Positions 1 to 14,079 of a stretch of 64,000 nucleotides of DNA are shown piece after piece. The first letter of the stretch is position 1; each line of letters opens with the position of its first letter. Source of the stretch: Chiloscyllium plagiosum. Taxonomy: Eukaryota. The stretch spans positions 9,009,646-9,073,645 of the forward strand of contig NC_057720.1 in the NCBI RefSeq assembly GCF_004010195.1. The letters are read 5' to 3'. A program made the position numbers and the translations under genes. The notes beneath the pieces were generated by a model. The model was not told the origin of the DNA. It saw nothing but the letters and a program-made list of their open reading frames with translations, and did no database searches.

Positions 1-535
1 GCCACACTTGGAGTATTGTGTACATTTCTGGTCACCGCATTATAAGAAGGATGTGGAAGCTTTGGAAAGGGTGCAGAGGAGATTTACTAGGATTTTGCCT
101 GGTACAGAAGGAATGTCTTACGGGGAAAGGCTGAGGGCCTTGAGGCTGTTCTCATTAGAGAGAAGAAAGTTGAGAGGTGACTTAATAGAGACATACAAGA
201 TAATCAGACGGTTAGATAGGGTGGACAGGGAGAGCCTTTTTCCAAGTATGGGGACGGCAAACACGAGGGGAGACAATTTTAAAGTGAGGGGAGATAGGTA
301 TAAGACAGATGTCAGAGGTAGTTTCTTTACTCAGAGAGTAGTAAGGGTATGGAATGCTTTGCCTGCAACAGTAGTAGATTCGCCAAGTTTAAGTGCATTT
401 AAGTTATCATTGGACAGGCAAATGGACGTACATGGAATAGTGTAGGTGGGATGGGCTTCAGATTAGTATGACAGGGCGGCGCAACATCGAGGGCCGAAGG
501 GCCTGTACTGCGCTGTAATGTTCTATGTTCTATGT
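1..535 (+). mobile_element. CR1-clade LINE 3' end (ORF2 C-terminus, 3'UTR, short tail)
   Basis: ORF 8-445 EYCVHFWSPHYKKDVEALERVQRRFTR..LRGDLIETYKI..FFTQRVVRVWNALP is the typical CR1 ORF2 C-terminus; ends in (GTTCTAT)n. Confidence 0.93.
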
Positions 536-727
536 TTAAATCTCCTGCCCATTACCTTAAAATTATGCCTCCTCTTCAGTAACCCTTTTACTAAGGAGAA
601 CGGCCCCTCATAATCTGATACACCTTAATCACCCCTCACATCCAACAGAGATTATGAAATAGCACTCACAGTCACTGCCCTAACTCAGCAGAGGGACTGG
701 TGTTTTCCAATCTTTGTGTCATGGGAA

Positions 728-1050
728 TCATAGATTTCCCTACAGCGTGTAAACAGGCCATTTGGCCCAACAAGTCCATACTAATCCTCTGAAGAGTATC
801 CCACCCAGACCCATTCCCCTGCACTTAACCTACACACCCCTGAATACTACAGGCAATTCAGTCAGGCCAACCTACCTAACCTTCACATCTTTGGACTGTG
901 GGAGGAAACCATAGCCCCCAAAGGAAACCCGCTCAGACACAGGGAGGATGTGCAAACTCCACACAGACAGTCACCTGAGGCTGAAATTGAACCCAGGTCC
1001 CTGGTGCTGTGAGGCAGCAGTGCTAACCACTGAGCCACCATGCTACCCAC
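728..1050 (-). mobile_element. tRNA-derived V-type (HE1-like) SINE
   Basis: Minus strand has A/B-box head (GGTGGCTCAGTGG..GGTTCAATT), body TGTGTGGAGTTTGCACAT..CCCACAGTCCAAAGATGTG and CR1-like tail. Confidence 0.88.
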
Positions 1051-1904
1051 AAAGCTTCCTTGTAGAAGTAGACCTTTCATTAACTGTGATGGCTTTTTTA
1101 AGAGAAACAACTAACAGAGAAATTTCCCTCGTGTTTTGCCCCACAGCCCTGCAACTTTCCTTCTCAGATTGAAATCAAATTCCCTTCCTAAGCATCCTGT
1201 TGAATTTACTTCCACCATTCTTTCAGGTAATACACTGTAATTTGCTGTAAGAAAAAAATATCTTCATTTGCCCCTGTGGTTCATTTGTCAATTATTTATA
1301 ACATGTGAACTTTGATTACCAACTTCCCGTCAGTGAATGCAGTGCCTTCCTAATTATTCAATTAAAACTCCTCAGAATTGTGAATATTTAGTAGAAATTT
1401 TTTGAACTTTTGTTATCTGCAAGTTAATCAGCCCTTTGCATTCAACATGACCCCACCACATTCAGGGCACATTTAAATCACTGGGGAAACTCTGTTAAGG
1501 AAATTCTTTAAGCTGCTTGATCACTTTCTGATTAATGTAGCAGCAGCATGTCTTAAATTGGGGATTATGTATGCCTTTTATTATTAAACATGACTCATTG
1601 AAAATGAGCAATTGCTTTGTGATTCTATAAAACTTTACAGAGCAGACTCCCTACAGCTCTCTATTGAGAGTAACTAATCCCATTGCCCCACTCTCTCCCT
1701 ATAGAACTGATGGCTTGTGTTTCATCCAAATTATATTTGAAGAGAAAACACAACTGCTACAAGAAATCTCTGTGGTGAAGTGTTCCATGAACCAGTGTCA
1801 GTCATGAATTAGTTGGCTAAAATAAACCCACCTGCCATTTCCAACCGTTGTGAATTAAAATCCCATTCCAAATTTGAGTGCAAAATCTCAGCTGATAATC
1901 CAAT

Positions 1905-2530
1905 TAATTTATTCATGGGATGTGGGCATCTCTACTTAGACCAGCATTTACTACCCATCAATAATTGCCCAGAGGGCCATTAAGAGTCAACCACATTGCT
2001 GTAGGTCTGGAGTCACGTGTAGGCTAGACTAGGTAAGGGTGATAGTTTCCTTCCCTAAAAGGCATTCATGAACCAGATGAGTTTTCTTTCTTGATAAGGA
2101 CGGCACGGTGGCTCAGTGGTTAGCACTACTGCCTCACAACGTCAGGGACCCGGGTTCAATTCCCGCCTCAGGCAACTGTCTGTGTGGAGTTTGCACATTC
2201 TGCATGGGTCCCCTCCGGGTGCTCTGGTTTCCTCCCACAGTCCAAAGATGTGCAGGTTAGGTGAATTGTCCATGCTAAATTACCTGTAGTATTAGGTGTA
2301 GGAGAATGGGTCTTGGGTGGATTGCTCTTCGGAGGGTCGGTGTGGACTTGTTGGGCCGAACGGCCAGTTTCCACACTGTAAGTAATCTTATTGACAATGG
2401 CTTCATTGTCATCATTAGATTTTTTTGAATTCAAATTCTACCACCTACCATGGCAGGATTTCAACCCAGGTCCCCCAATCATTACCTGAATTAATAGTCT
2501 AGCGATAATACTACTAGTCCATCGGCTCCT
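1905..2530 (-). mobile_element. tRNA-derived SINE (Meta-domain-like), interrupted by an HE1-like SINE
   Basis: Minus-strand core like TCTGGTTCATGAATGCCTTTTAGGGAAGGAAAC..GTGACTCCAGACC; related copies at 4515-4825, 19400-19720, 20545-20860, 23725-24215. Confidence 0.65.
2098..2390 (+). mobile_element. HE1-like V-SINE, full length
   Basis: GGCACGGTGGCTCAGTGG head, GGTTCAATTCC B box, V body, tail GGGCCGAACGGCCAGTTTCCACACTGTA. Confidence 0.9.
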
Positions 2531-2639
2531 CCTAGTCAACATTGAAGAAATGTTGTAATCCAAAGCACTAGTTGAAGAACACTAGTGTAACTGGTGTTCT
2601 AGCCATTAAATATCCCCCAGTCGTATGAACAGAAGCTAA

Positions 2640-3795
2640 AACAGAGGGTGGTGGTAGTGGGTTGCTTTTTGACTGGAGGCCAGTGACCAATTGAGTGCCT
2701 CAAGGATTGGTGCTGGATTCACTGCCTTTCAATGAGATCTTGATCAGATGGGTCAATGGGCTGAGGGGTGGCAGCTGGAGTTTAATTTAGATAAATGTGA
2801 GGTGGTGAATTTTGGGAAAGGCAAATCAGGGCAGAACTTATACACAGCAGGCCAGGCAGCATCCGAGGAACAGGAGAACCGACGTTTCGGGCATAAGCCC
2901 GAAATGAGGAATGCTCATTCCTGAAGAAGGGCTTATGCCCGAAACGTCGATCCTCCTGCTCCTCAGATGCTGCCTGGCCTGCTGTGTTTTTCCAGCATCA
3001 CATTTTTCAACTCATTTCAATTCCAGCATCTGCAGTCCTCACTTTCTCCTAGTAGAACTTATACACTTAATGGTAAGGTCCTGGGGAGTGTTGCTGAACA
3101 AAGACACCTTGGAGTGCAGGTTCATAGTTCCTTGAAAGTGGAGTCTCAGGTAGATAGGATAGTGAAGAAGGCTTTTGGTATGCTTTCCTTTATTGGTCAG
3201 AGCATTGAGTTTTGGGAGGTCATGTTGCAACTGTACAGGACATTGGTTTGGTCACTTTTGGAATATTGCACGCAATTCTGACCTCCCTCCTACAAGAATG
3301 ATGTTGTGAAAGTTGAAAGGGTTTGGAAAAGATTTACAAGTATGTTGCCAGGATTGGAGGGTTTGAGCTATAAGGAAGTGTTGTTTTCCCTGGAGCATCG
3401 GAGACTGAGTGGTGACCTTATCAAGGTTTATAAATTAATGCGAGGCAAGAATAGGGTAAATAGACAAGGTCTTTTCCCTTAGGTGAGTGAGTCCAGAACT
3501 AGAAGACATAGGTTTAGGGTGCGAAGGGTAAGATTTAAAAGGGACTTAAGGGACAACTTTTTCACGCAGAGGGTGGTGCATGTATGGAATGAGCTGCCAG
3601 AGGAAGTGGTGGAGGCTGGTACATTCACAACATTTAAAAGGCATCTGAATGGTTTTAGGAATAGAAAGGGTTTAGAGGAATATGGGCCAAGTACTGGCAA
3701 ATGGGACTGGATTAATTTAGGATATCTGGTCGGCATGGACGAGTTGGACCAAAGGGTCTATTTCTGCACTGTACATCTCTAATACTCTGTGACTC
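2640..3795 (+). mobile_element. CR1 LINE 3' fragment, interrupted at 2846-3053
   Basis: Fragments LGVQVHSSLKVESQVDRIVKKAFG and FFTQRVVHVWNELPEEVV. Confidence 0.9.
2846..3053. mobile_element. Penelope-terminus-derived palindromic insert with hammerhead motif
   Basis: Flanked by direct repeat AGAACTTATACAC (2833-2845 / 3054-3066); CTGAAGA-AGGGC-TTAT-GCCC-GAAACGTC at 2921-2948 plus an inverted partial copy. Confidence 0.8.
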
Positions 3796-4514
3796 TACTG
3801 ACTTGTGAAGCAGAGAGTTCCAAAGTTGCACAACCCTCAGAGAGAGAAACAAGATTCTCCTAATTCCTGACTTGAAAAGATGATCCCAGATTTTTGAACA
3901 ATGCTCCCCACTCACCATAATTGGAAATCTTCTTTCCATATCTACTTTATCAAGACCATTCGGGATCAATCAAGTCAACCATACTCTTCTAAACTCGAAA
4001 GGAAACAATCCCAGTGTGTCCAACCTATCCTCATAAGACAAGATGTTAGGCATCAATTTAGTAAAACTCCTCTGAGCTACTTTCAAAGCATTTTAACTGC
4101 TTCCTTAAACATTTCTGCACACAGGAGTTGAGAAATGGTCTCACTAATGTCCTGTATGAGTGAACATAACATCAGTATCCTCTCATAATGAAGGATAGCA
4201 TTCCATTAGCCATTCTTGATTACAAGCAGATTCTATATTCTAAGTTTCATAATTCATCTAGGGACACCCAGATCCCTCTGCGCCTCACAATCCTGCAATG
4301 GTTCTCCTTTGAGATAATGCTGCATTTTCATTCTTTCTGACATGTCACTATCATACTGCTGTTTGTGAGACCTTGGTTGTTTGGAAACTGGCTGCTCTGT
4401 TTTAAAGTAGTGACCATATTTGAAAAACGTGTTGCAAAACATTTTTTTTAAAACTGGATCCTTTACTTGGCTTTCTCTGCATCAGTGTAAACAGTCCCAT
4501 GATCAAAGTCACTC

Positions 4515-4825
4515 GATCTGGGTGTCATTGGCTGGACCAGCATTTATTGTCCATTGGCAACTTTTCAGGGGGCAGTTAAGAGTCAACCACGTTGCTGTGG
4601 GTCTGGAGTCACATATGGCCAGACAAGGTAAGGGTGGCAGTTTCCTTCTCTAAAGGTTGTTTTTGTTCCCATTAGCCATCATTAGACTATTAATTCCAGA
4701 TTTTTAAAAATTTAATTCGAATTCCACCATCTCCCATGGCAAGATTCAAATGTGGGCCCCAGAACATTATCTGACTCTCTAGATTAACAGTTCAACTGAT
4801 AGTACCACTAGGCCATTATTTCCCA
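4515..4825 (-). mobile_element. Meta-domain-like SINE
   Basis: Same sequence family as 1905-2530. Confidence 0.6.
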
Positions 4826-6407
4826 CGGACAAGGAATCAAAGGTTATTGAGGGTAGTTGAATTCAGAAGATTAACCCATCAGCCATGATCTTAATGAATA
4901 GTGGAGCATGCTCAAGAGACTGAATGACTTAATTTTGCTCCTAATTTTAAGTTTCTCCATCTATCGTGGTGGGATTCCAAACCAAAAACACTGGAACATT
5001 AACCGAGGATTCAATATGACATTACAGCTACACCACCCCCTCCCCTAAACAAACATCTTCTCATAAATGTCAGTCTTCATGTCGGTCATCACCTTTTTAA
5101 ACCTGAAATTGTAAGATGTCGAAGGGTTTAATCAGCCCTCCATACGTAAACAGCTCCAGAAATGGCCTGGTGAAAAGGACAATGGCCTGAAATGTTTACT
5201 CATGTCTCAGACCTGCTGAGTGGCTCCACCATTTTCTGTTTTCTTTTCTGATATCAAGAACTACAATTTTAGCTTCTGTTCTTATATAAACAAGAGCCAT
5301 TGTAGATTGATGATTGAGGAGCATGTGATTATTAGAAGATTCATGTGCTGGGGCAGTCCTGGTGTTGAAGAATGAAGAGAAGCAGAACTCTCATTTAACA
5401 TGGAAAGTGAAGTATTAGAAAATAGACAGTGGGTTCATTCTGTAAAATTTATTCTCATGTAGTTACTTTCTTTTCCAGTTTTCATTGTTTCGATTTCATC
5501 CTATGCCTGAGTTACTGCAAATTGTATCAGGTTACAGTCTGAGCTTAACGGGGCAGAAAACATCCAAAGCAATATATTAAATCTTTAGTGTGCTTCTTTT
5601 TGTATGAGTTCTTTCTTCCATTTCAAACAAACCCATAATTGATAGTCTCCCCTCTGGAGCCCAGAGGCATTCATTTTAACAAACATGCTCTCATGGTATT
5701 GACTGTGGACATCCCCCAGGAGTGTTTTTGTATCTGCCAACAATTTGAGTATTGGCATGTTATTTAATTCAATTCCTGCAGAGTTCTCACTAAATGCAGC
5801 TTCAGCTATCATCATCAAAGCAAGTTCCTCATCACTGAAGCCATCTTTAAGCTCATTACAAGAGGCTTTCAATCTCAATCATAGCTTCTTTTTAACACTT
5901 TAACATTTGTGCTTTTTGTTTAAAAAGAATACTAGCATGCAAAGACCAAAAGATCACTGGGTAAGCACAGATGTCAAAGGCTCGTCCAGCAGTTGCGATT
6001 GCAGCTTGCAACTTACCTGGAGGCTAGAGCAATGTGGGACAGTTGTTGGACATAAGCCTGACACCGCATGCTGAGCTGCTGCTGTTTGGAATTCTTTTCT
6101 GGACTGTCCAGTAAATCCTTATCACAATGTTACAACGACCTCATTTCAAACTCATTCTCAGACACTGTAAGTAATGTTGCTGCTTTCCTTTTAATCCCCT
6201 TTTGTGTAACAACACCACATTGTTTTTAATCTGTAAGGTTTGTATCTACATACTTATACCTAAGATGGTGCCATGAAAGGCAGCCATTGTGAAAACATTT
6301 TACTGTGCTCCTATACTGGAGTGCAAGTGACAATAAAGGACATTGTATTGCATTCTATTCTGTTTTCTAAATGAATCTAAGTCTTTAGGTTCCACCTGTT
6401 AGCCCAT

Positions 6408-7033
6408 TGTTATGAGCCAGACCAAATCTCTTCAAAATATTCAGAAGATAGTCTCAACCTTGACTTTTTCTCATTTTAAAGGTAAATGTAAGATTTTGCA
6501 TTTCAGATGCTATTCGATTGGCCACACTAATGGATTTAAAGCAAAACACACTTCCTTCATCCACTATAGTTAAAATATAACAAAAGAAAGAAAGATTTTG
6601 AGTAACTTATCACTATTGGAAAACTTAACAGAATAATAGATACAGTAACTATTACTAATTAACTGTTCCAGTACAGTGACATCCCATAAATACACTCTTG
6701 ACAAAAAAGAAAATTTAGAAAACACAGTGTCTCACATGCAACTCCTGTAGGAGGGACAGAACTGCTAGCTTTTCACTGTAACTAAAAGACAGAAAATATA
6801 GCTTCCATATCTCCAAGATGCTAACAACTGCAGAAAGCTGAAACTAAAACTTCCTGGTTCCCCAAAAGCTTACCACACCCAGGATGCTTCTATTGTTCCA
6901 ACTTTAAAAAATCCAAGGCCTCACAAGCTGCTTATTCAAGTGGTTACTCAACATCTCTGCTTTAATAATTTTCATTAAAAAACATCCAGGACAAACTAAT
7001 CTCTTAAAGCCATAGTATTGATACACCATTACA
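6408..7033 (-). mobile_element. Solo LTR-like element
   Basis: TGTTATG..CATTACA termini; its end matches an opposite-orientation fragment at ~55610-55681; no clean TSD seen. Confidence 0.55.
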
Positions 7034-7037
7034 TTGA

Positions 7038-9535
7038 CAATAGAAAATAGACAATAGACAATAGGTGCAGGAGTAGGCCATTCAGCCCTTCGAGCCAGCA
7101 CCACTATTCATTATGATCATGGCTGATCATCCGCAATCCATATCCTGTTCTGCAATCCCCATAACCCTTGATTCCACTATCTTTAAGAGCTCCAACTATC
7201 TCTTTCTTGAAAGTACCCAGAGACTTGGCCTCCACTTGGCAGAGCATTCCATATATCCACCACTCTCTGGGTGAAGACATTTCTCCTCAACTTTGTTCTA
7301 TATGGCCAACCCCTTATTTTTAAACTGTATCCTCTGGTTCTGGATTCAACCCATCAGCGGAAACATGCTTCCTGCCTCCAGAGTGTCCAATCCTTTAATA
7401 ATCTTATACGTCACAATCAGATCCCCTCTTATCTTTCTAAACTCAAGTGTGTACAAGCCCAGTCACTCCAATCTTTCACCATATGATAGTCCTGCCATTC
7501 CAGGAGTTGACCTCGTGAACCTACACTGCAATCACTCAATAGCCAGAATGTCCTTCCTCAAATTTGGAGACCAAAACTGCACACATTATTCCAGGTGTAG
7601 TCTCACCAGGGCCCTGTACAGCTGCAGAAGGACATCTTTGCTCCTATACTCAATCCCTCTTGTTATGAAGGCCAGCGTGCTATTAGCTTTCTTCACTGCC
7701 TGCTGTACCTGCATGCTTGCTTTCATTGACTGATGTACAAGAACACCGAGATCTCGTTGTACTGCCCCTTTACCTAACTTGACTCCATTTAGATAGTAAT
7801 CTGCGTTCGGTTCTTGCCACCAAAGTGAGTAACCACACATTTATTTACATTAAACTTCATCTGCTATGCATCCGCCCACTCACCTAGCCTGTCCAAGTCA
7901 CCCTGTATTCTCATAACATCCTCCTTACAATTCACCCTGCCACCCAGCTTTGTGTCATCAACAAATTTGCTAATATTACTTTTAATACCTTCATCTATAT
8001 CATTGATGTATATTGTAAACAGCTGCGGGCCCAGCACCGAACCTTATGGTACCCCACTGGTCATTGTCTGCCAGTCCAAAAGGGGACTATTTGTCACTAC
8101 TCTTTGCTTCCTGTCAGCCAGCCAATTTTCAATCCAAGTCAGTATTTTGCCCCTAATACCATGTGCCCTAATTTTGCTCACTAATCTCCCATGTGAGATT
8201 TTATCAAAGGCCTTCTTGAAAGTCCAGGTACACTACATCCACGTGCTCTCCTTTGTCCATCTTCATAGTTATATCCTCAAAAAATTCCAGAAGATTAGTC
8301 AAGCACAATTTCCCCTTCATAAATCCATGCTGACTCTGATCTATCCTGTTACTGCTATCCAAATGAGTTGTAATTTCATCTTTTATAATTAACTCCAACA
8401 CCAACGTCAGACTAACCAGTCTATAATTCTGTTTTCTCTCTCCCTCCTTTCTTGAAAAGTGGGACAACATTAGCCACCCTCCAATCCACAGGAACTGATC
8501 CTGAATCTATAGAACATTGGAAAATGATTATCAATACATCCTCGATTTCTAGAGCCACCTCCTTCAGTACCCTGGGATGCAGACCATCAGGTCCTGGGGA
8601 CTTAGCAGCCTTCAGACCTAACAATCTCTCCAACACCATTTCCTCCCCTATATAAATTCCCTTCAGTTCATCCATTACCCTAGGTCCTTTAGCCACTCTT
8701 ACATCTGGGAGATTGCTTGTGTCTTCCCCAGTGAAGCCAGATCCAAAGTACCTATTCAACTCTTCTGCCATTTCCTTGTCCCCCATAATAAATTCACCCG
8801 TTTCTGTCTTCAAGGGCCCAATTTTAGTCTTAACCATTTGCTTTTCTTTTCACATACCTAAAAGGGCTTTTACTATCCTCCTTTATATTTTTGGCCAGTT
8901 TGCCTTTGTACCTTATTTTTTCTCCGCGTCTTGCCTTTTTAGTTATCCTCTGTTGCTCTTTAAACGTTTCCCAGTCCTCTGGCTTCCTGCTCATCTTTAC
9001 TATGTTATACTTCTCTTTTATCTTTATACAGTCCTTAACTTCCCTCATCAGCCACGGCCACCCCTGCCTCTCCTTAGGATCTTTCTTCTTTGGCATCGAC
9101 TGATTCCGCACCTTCTGTTCTGAGCTGTTCCCCTGCCATCCCTGCTAGGCTACTGAGCCATTGAACTTTGGCCAACTCCCCCTTCACAGCTCCACAGTTC
9201 CCTTTGTTCAACAGCAATACTGACACTTCCGATTCTCCCTTCTCCCTCTCAAATTGCAGATTAAAACTTATCATATTACAGTCACTACCTTCTAATGGCT
9301 CCTTTACTTCGAGGTCCCTGATCAAATCCAGTTCTTGCACATCACCACATCCAGAATTGCCTTCTCCATGGCAGGCTCCAGTACAAGCTGTTCTAAGAAT
9401 CCATCTTGGAGGCAGTCCACAAACTCCCTTTCTTGGGGCCCAGTACCATCCTGATTCTCCCAGTCTACCTGCATGTTGAAATCCCCCATAACAACTGTAG
9501 TAATAGCTTTGTGACAGGCTCTGCATTCAATTTAC
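7038..9535 (-). mobile_element. CR1 LINE, 5'-truncated and decayed (part of endonuclease, RT, 3' end)
   Basis: KSPGPDGLHPRVLKEVA, SQHGFMKGKLCLTNLLEFFE, VVYLDFQ, RDLGVLVHQSMK in shifting frames; short tandem tail at 7038-7062. Confidence 0.93.
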
Positions 9536-9539
9536 ACCC

Positions 9540-10400
9540 TACATTGATGATCATCCTTGTGTCAAGGCATCCTCTGCATCTATTTCCGAGGTATTGTCTC
9601 CATCATCAGGGTACACCTAAAATTGCCCTTCTCTGCCCCTCTTAAGTCTTGCTTGAGCTGAAATCATGCCTTCATTATCATAATGTTTGACTATCTCTGT
9701 AGTCTTTGGCAATTTTCCCATCTTTCATGCTCCAATTTGAGTTCATGCAAGCTTGTTTCTCCTGTACTCACTGTAAATTTCATTAAGCCATTATCCCATG
9801 CCCATTTTCTGATCATGACTGATCTTTTGACGTCAACTCTACCTTCCTTCTGTCTAACCTCATACATGTATAATCTGTGGATTATCTTGAACTGGGTCTT
9901 GAACTCACAACCTTCTGGATCTAAGGGCATAGTTTTAACTGGAGAGAATGGTTCTGGTGAGGAAATCGGCTCCCCAAGTTTATCACTGATAGTCCAGCTC
10001 TGAGCTAGGAACAGGTATACAGAAGATGACAAATTACTCATATCTGACCTATATTGGCTCCCAGTTCAGCAATGCCTCAATTTAAAAACTCTCACAATTC
10101 TGATAACATACCTTCAAAGTACCAGCCCTCCATATCTCTGCATTCTCCTCCATTCCTGATGAAGGGCTTTTCTAGTACCACTCTAATCTTGACTCTGATC
10201 TCCAGCATCTGCAGTCCTCCATTTTGTCTAGTTGTTTTTCACCCTCTGATATATCTGTGCTCCTCTAATTCTCTACATCCATGATTTTAACACCTTCACC
10301 ATTGATACAATAGCTGCCAAAGCCTTAAGTTTTGGAATAACCTTTCCTTCTCTCAATATTCATTCCTCCTTTCTCTGGGGCCTTATATCTAAGTACTGAT
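9540..10400 (+). mobile_element. Old L2-clade LINE relic with nested SINE and Penelope-end inserts
   Basis: Degenerate HAFII..DYS.. and HWLPV-like segments; Penelope terminus at ~10150-10230. Confidence 0.45.
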
Positions 10401-10424
10401 AAAGAGTCATCAAACTCATAAGAA

Positions 10425-11445
10425 ACATAGAATTCCTATACCGCAGAAAGAGGCCATTCAGCCCATTGAATATGACCGGACCCTCTGAAGAGCATCCCAC
10501 ACAGACCCAGGCCCCCATCCTATTCCTGTAACCATGCATTACTATGGATATTGTTATGACATGGGGATAAACTCCTCTGTTAATTTAAACCAGCAACACA
10601 GAAAAGATTCACCTCGTGCTAGAATCTGTTAAAATTTGAGATGCAAAGAGCTATCCCAAAAAAATCACTGTTTAAAGTAAAAATTAACAACTTTATTCTT
10701 TAAATCTAACAGAGAATATTAACTAACAATTAGTTACAACTCCATTCTTTTAAACCTATCTTTTATCTCCTCCTCTACAATACTAGTCCGATAAAAAATC
10801 CCAATTGAGATTTCAAAATAAACTTCTTATTTCAAAAGCAGGCAGCTCTCGGTTGTTTGCTGTACTCCTGTCATCTTTTCTTCTTCTTGGGGATTCTGCT
10901 TCCCAGTCTTTGATAGATAAAGGTACCTTTCCAAGAGCAGGTCTTTCTGCAAGCTGTCTTGTTGATGTTGGCTGCTCTTTGCCGCTCTGGCTAACTGTTC
11001 AAAATGTTTGATATTTACACCCAAAAACATCAGATAATTTCATTGATTTGATGTAATCCAAAATAGTAAGATTCAAATTTGATTGGACTTTTGTATCTGG
11101 GGCATCATTTAAACTGATTGGCTGAATTTTGAATTTGTTTGTGTATCCTGGCAACATATCACCAGATATGTGTTTCAACCCAAATGTTATATTTTTAAAC
11201 GTAACATTTGTGCTAGCCAGAAATTTCAGCTCCCTTAAAGGTACAATATACCCACAACTTCATAACATTATTCCATCTAACCTACACATCCCTGGACACT
11301 ATGGGTGATTTAGCATGGCCAATCCACCTAACATGCACTTCTTTGGATTGTGGGAAAAAACCCATACAGACACGGGGAGAATGTGCAATATCGACACAGA
11401 CAGTCACCCGGGGGTGGACTCAAACCCAGATCCCTGACACAGTGA
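10425..11445 (-). mobile_element. HE1-like SINE split by a solo LTR
   Basis: SINE sequence stops at 10551 and resumes at ~11268. Confidence 0.8.
10552..11267 (-). mobile_element. Solo LTR (probably Gypsy-type)
   Basis: Perfect 8-bp inverted ends TGTTATGA..TCATAACA; flanks ATAT/TTAT; AATAAA on minus strand near 10692; sits inside a SINE. Confidence 0.7.
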
Positions 11446-11769
11446 AGTCAGAGCACAAAAACCTGCAGCAGGAGTAGGCCATTCAGCCCCTCAAGGCTGC
11501 TCTACTGTTTGATTCAATCATGGCTGATTTCACTGCAGCCTCAGTTCCATTTTTCTGCCTGTTTTCCATACTCTCTTAACTGTTTCTAATTAAAACTCTG
11601 TCAATTTTCCCAGTGTTCCAGCATCCACTGCACTTTGAGACCATGAATTTCACAAATTCATGACCCTTTGAGAGAAATGATTTCTCCTCAACTCTGTTTT
11701 AGATCTGCTAACCCTTACTTTCAGACTATGACCTCTCATTCTAGTTTGCCCTGCAAAAGAAATCGTTCC

Positions 11770-12080
11770 TTCACCAGCGTGACTCAATGGTTAGCACTAC
11801 TGCCTCACAGCACCAAGGACCCAGGTTCAGTTCCCACCTCAGGCACCTGTCTATGTGGAGTTTACACATTCTCCCTGTGTCTGTGTGGGTTTCCTCCCAC
11901 AATCCAAAGATGTGCAGCTTAGGTGGATTGACCATGCTAAATTGCCCTGGTGTGTCAAGGGATGTACAGGCTCGGTATTTTAGCCATGGGAAATGCAGGG
12001 ATAGGGTAGGGTGATGAGTCTGTGTGGGATCCTCTTCAGAGGTCTGGTGTGGTCTGCTTCCTCACTGTATTATTTCTACA
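11770..12080 (+). mobile_element. HE1-like SINE
   Basis: tRNA-like head, V body and tail. Confidence 0.82.
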
Positions 12081-13156
12081 TTGACTTTGTCAATTTACTA
12101 CATTATTTTATATCCCTCAGTCAGATCTCCTCTCATTCTCTTGACCTCTGGAGAGTATAGGCCTAGATTACGCAATCTCTCCTCATAAGACAAGCACCCC
12201 ATCCTGACTCATAATGTTAACTCTGTTTTTCTCTTTCTACAGGTGCTACCAGACTTGCTGAGTTTCTCCAGCACTTTCTGTTTATGTTCCTTATATCTAT
12301 CTCTTTGGTCAGGAGTCCGAAGATTTCTTTATGTGCCTCTTATCAAACTCTGTCCGATAATGCAGCTATGTAAATGCAAGTTGCTATTGTTGCTAAAGAC
12401 ACTATGCAAGGGAAGTCTTCAAAGCATCATTGCCCTGGCTACCATTCTCCCCACAACTTGAAACAAAGCAAAAAAAAACAAACTAAACATTTCTTTGTTA
12501 CTCTGTTGGTTATGAAATGCTGCTGTGAACAAATTGTTAGCTAAATTTATCACGCAACAGCAGTCAACCATGTCCCAAAGTACCTCAATGAGTTGCTTAG
12601 AATGTTTCACAGTGACATTAAAGTCTCTGTAAGTGCATGTTTTATATGCAGCATCAAGAGTGACAACACAAAAACAGTGAAAATTATTAGAAAGGGATTA
12701 TCTGGAATACCTTGGAGCTTTTATTGTAAAACAATGAGAGAAATAAAATGCATAGAAGCCCCAAAGCAATTCAGCACATATATATCATTTTTTTAAGTTG
12801 AAATCTTTTCAACGTGCAAATTCCCCAATTATTTTGCAATTCGAAGTGTCCAGCAAAATGATCTGAGTAATTGTAATCAGATTGCTGACAAGACTTATGG
12901 AATGACTAGAGGGCACACAGAGAATTCATATTTTACCTCGCAAATCAATGTTCTCTTCATGATTCTCCTGTTTAAATTATTTTTCATACAAACCTTCAAC
13001 AAATATTCAACACGGCCAGACGCTTAACATGGTTGCGAGAATCGCATGACTGGAAATGGCCAGAATTTTCCACAAGTCAAAGCGAGCCAGCCTTATGTAG
13101 CTAATGGAGCCTTGACCGGACTACCTACTGTGATTATATGCTGCTCAGGTATCGAA

Positions 13157-13670
13157 AACATAGACAATAGGTGCAGGAGTAGGCCATTCGGCCATTCGAG
13201 CCTACACTACCATTCAATGTGGTGATGGCTGATCATTCAATCTCAGTATCCCATTCCCGCCGTCTCCCCATACCCCTTGATCCCTTCAGCCGCAAGGGTC
13301 ACATCCAGCTCCCTCTAGAATAAATCTAATGAACTGGCCCCAACAGCTGCCTGTGGGAGAGAATTGCACAGACTCACAATTCTCTGAGTGAAGAAATTCT
13401 CAGTCCTGAATGGCTTACCCTTTATTCTTACACTGTTATGCCTAGTTCTGGACTTCCCCAACATTGGGAATATTCTTCCCACATCTAGCCTGTCCAGTCC
13501 CATCACGATTTTATGTTTCTATGAGGTCCCCTCCTTCATTCTTTTAAATTCCAGTGAGTACAAGCACTGTCAGTCCAGTATTTGCTCATATGTCAGCCTT
13601 GCCATCCTGAGACATAGACTGGTGAAACTTCACTGGACTCCTTCAATAGCAAGAAGGTCCTTCCTCAGAC
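13157..13670 (-). mobile_element. CR1 LINE 3' fragment
   Basis: GLDRLDVGRIFP..FFTQRIVSLCNSLPQ; tail near 13157. Confidence 0.85.
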
Positions 13671-14079
13671 TATGTTCCACCATTCCTCCATCCTGAATAC
13701 CATGATACAAGAGAATTGCAAATTGCCACTATAATAAAGCAAAAAACTGAGAACGCTGGAAATCTGAAACAAAAACAGAAATTGCTGGAGAAACAGCAAG
13801 GTTGGCAGCATCAGTGGAGAGAAAACAGAGTTAATGTTTTAAGCCAAATGAATCCTCTTCAGTTCCGAAGTGTTTTTGTTGCTAATTACTGCTGTCTGAT
13901 TCCAAGATGGTCATAACATTTTAATTAGCTGTTGAGATAGGCCATAAGCATCCTTCCATTAATGCAATGGCCAATTTGATGAGAGTGATCAAATCACGTT
14001 ACTTATCCTTGAGCAGAAACCATCTGGTCACACAACTAGTGGCTGTACTTGTTCAATTGTGTAGAACTTTGACATCCAG

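Noticed and set aside
2098..2170. tRNA genes at SINE heads
   Set aside because: A/B boxes run into SINE bodies with no complete cloverleaf; applies to all copies
6017..6165. Apparent minus-strand exon with AG|GTAAGT donor
   Set aside because: All three frames from the nearest acceptor contain stops; a non-coding exon cannot be excluded
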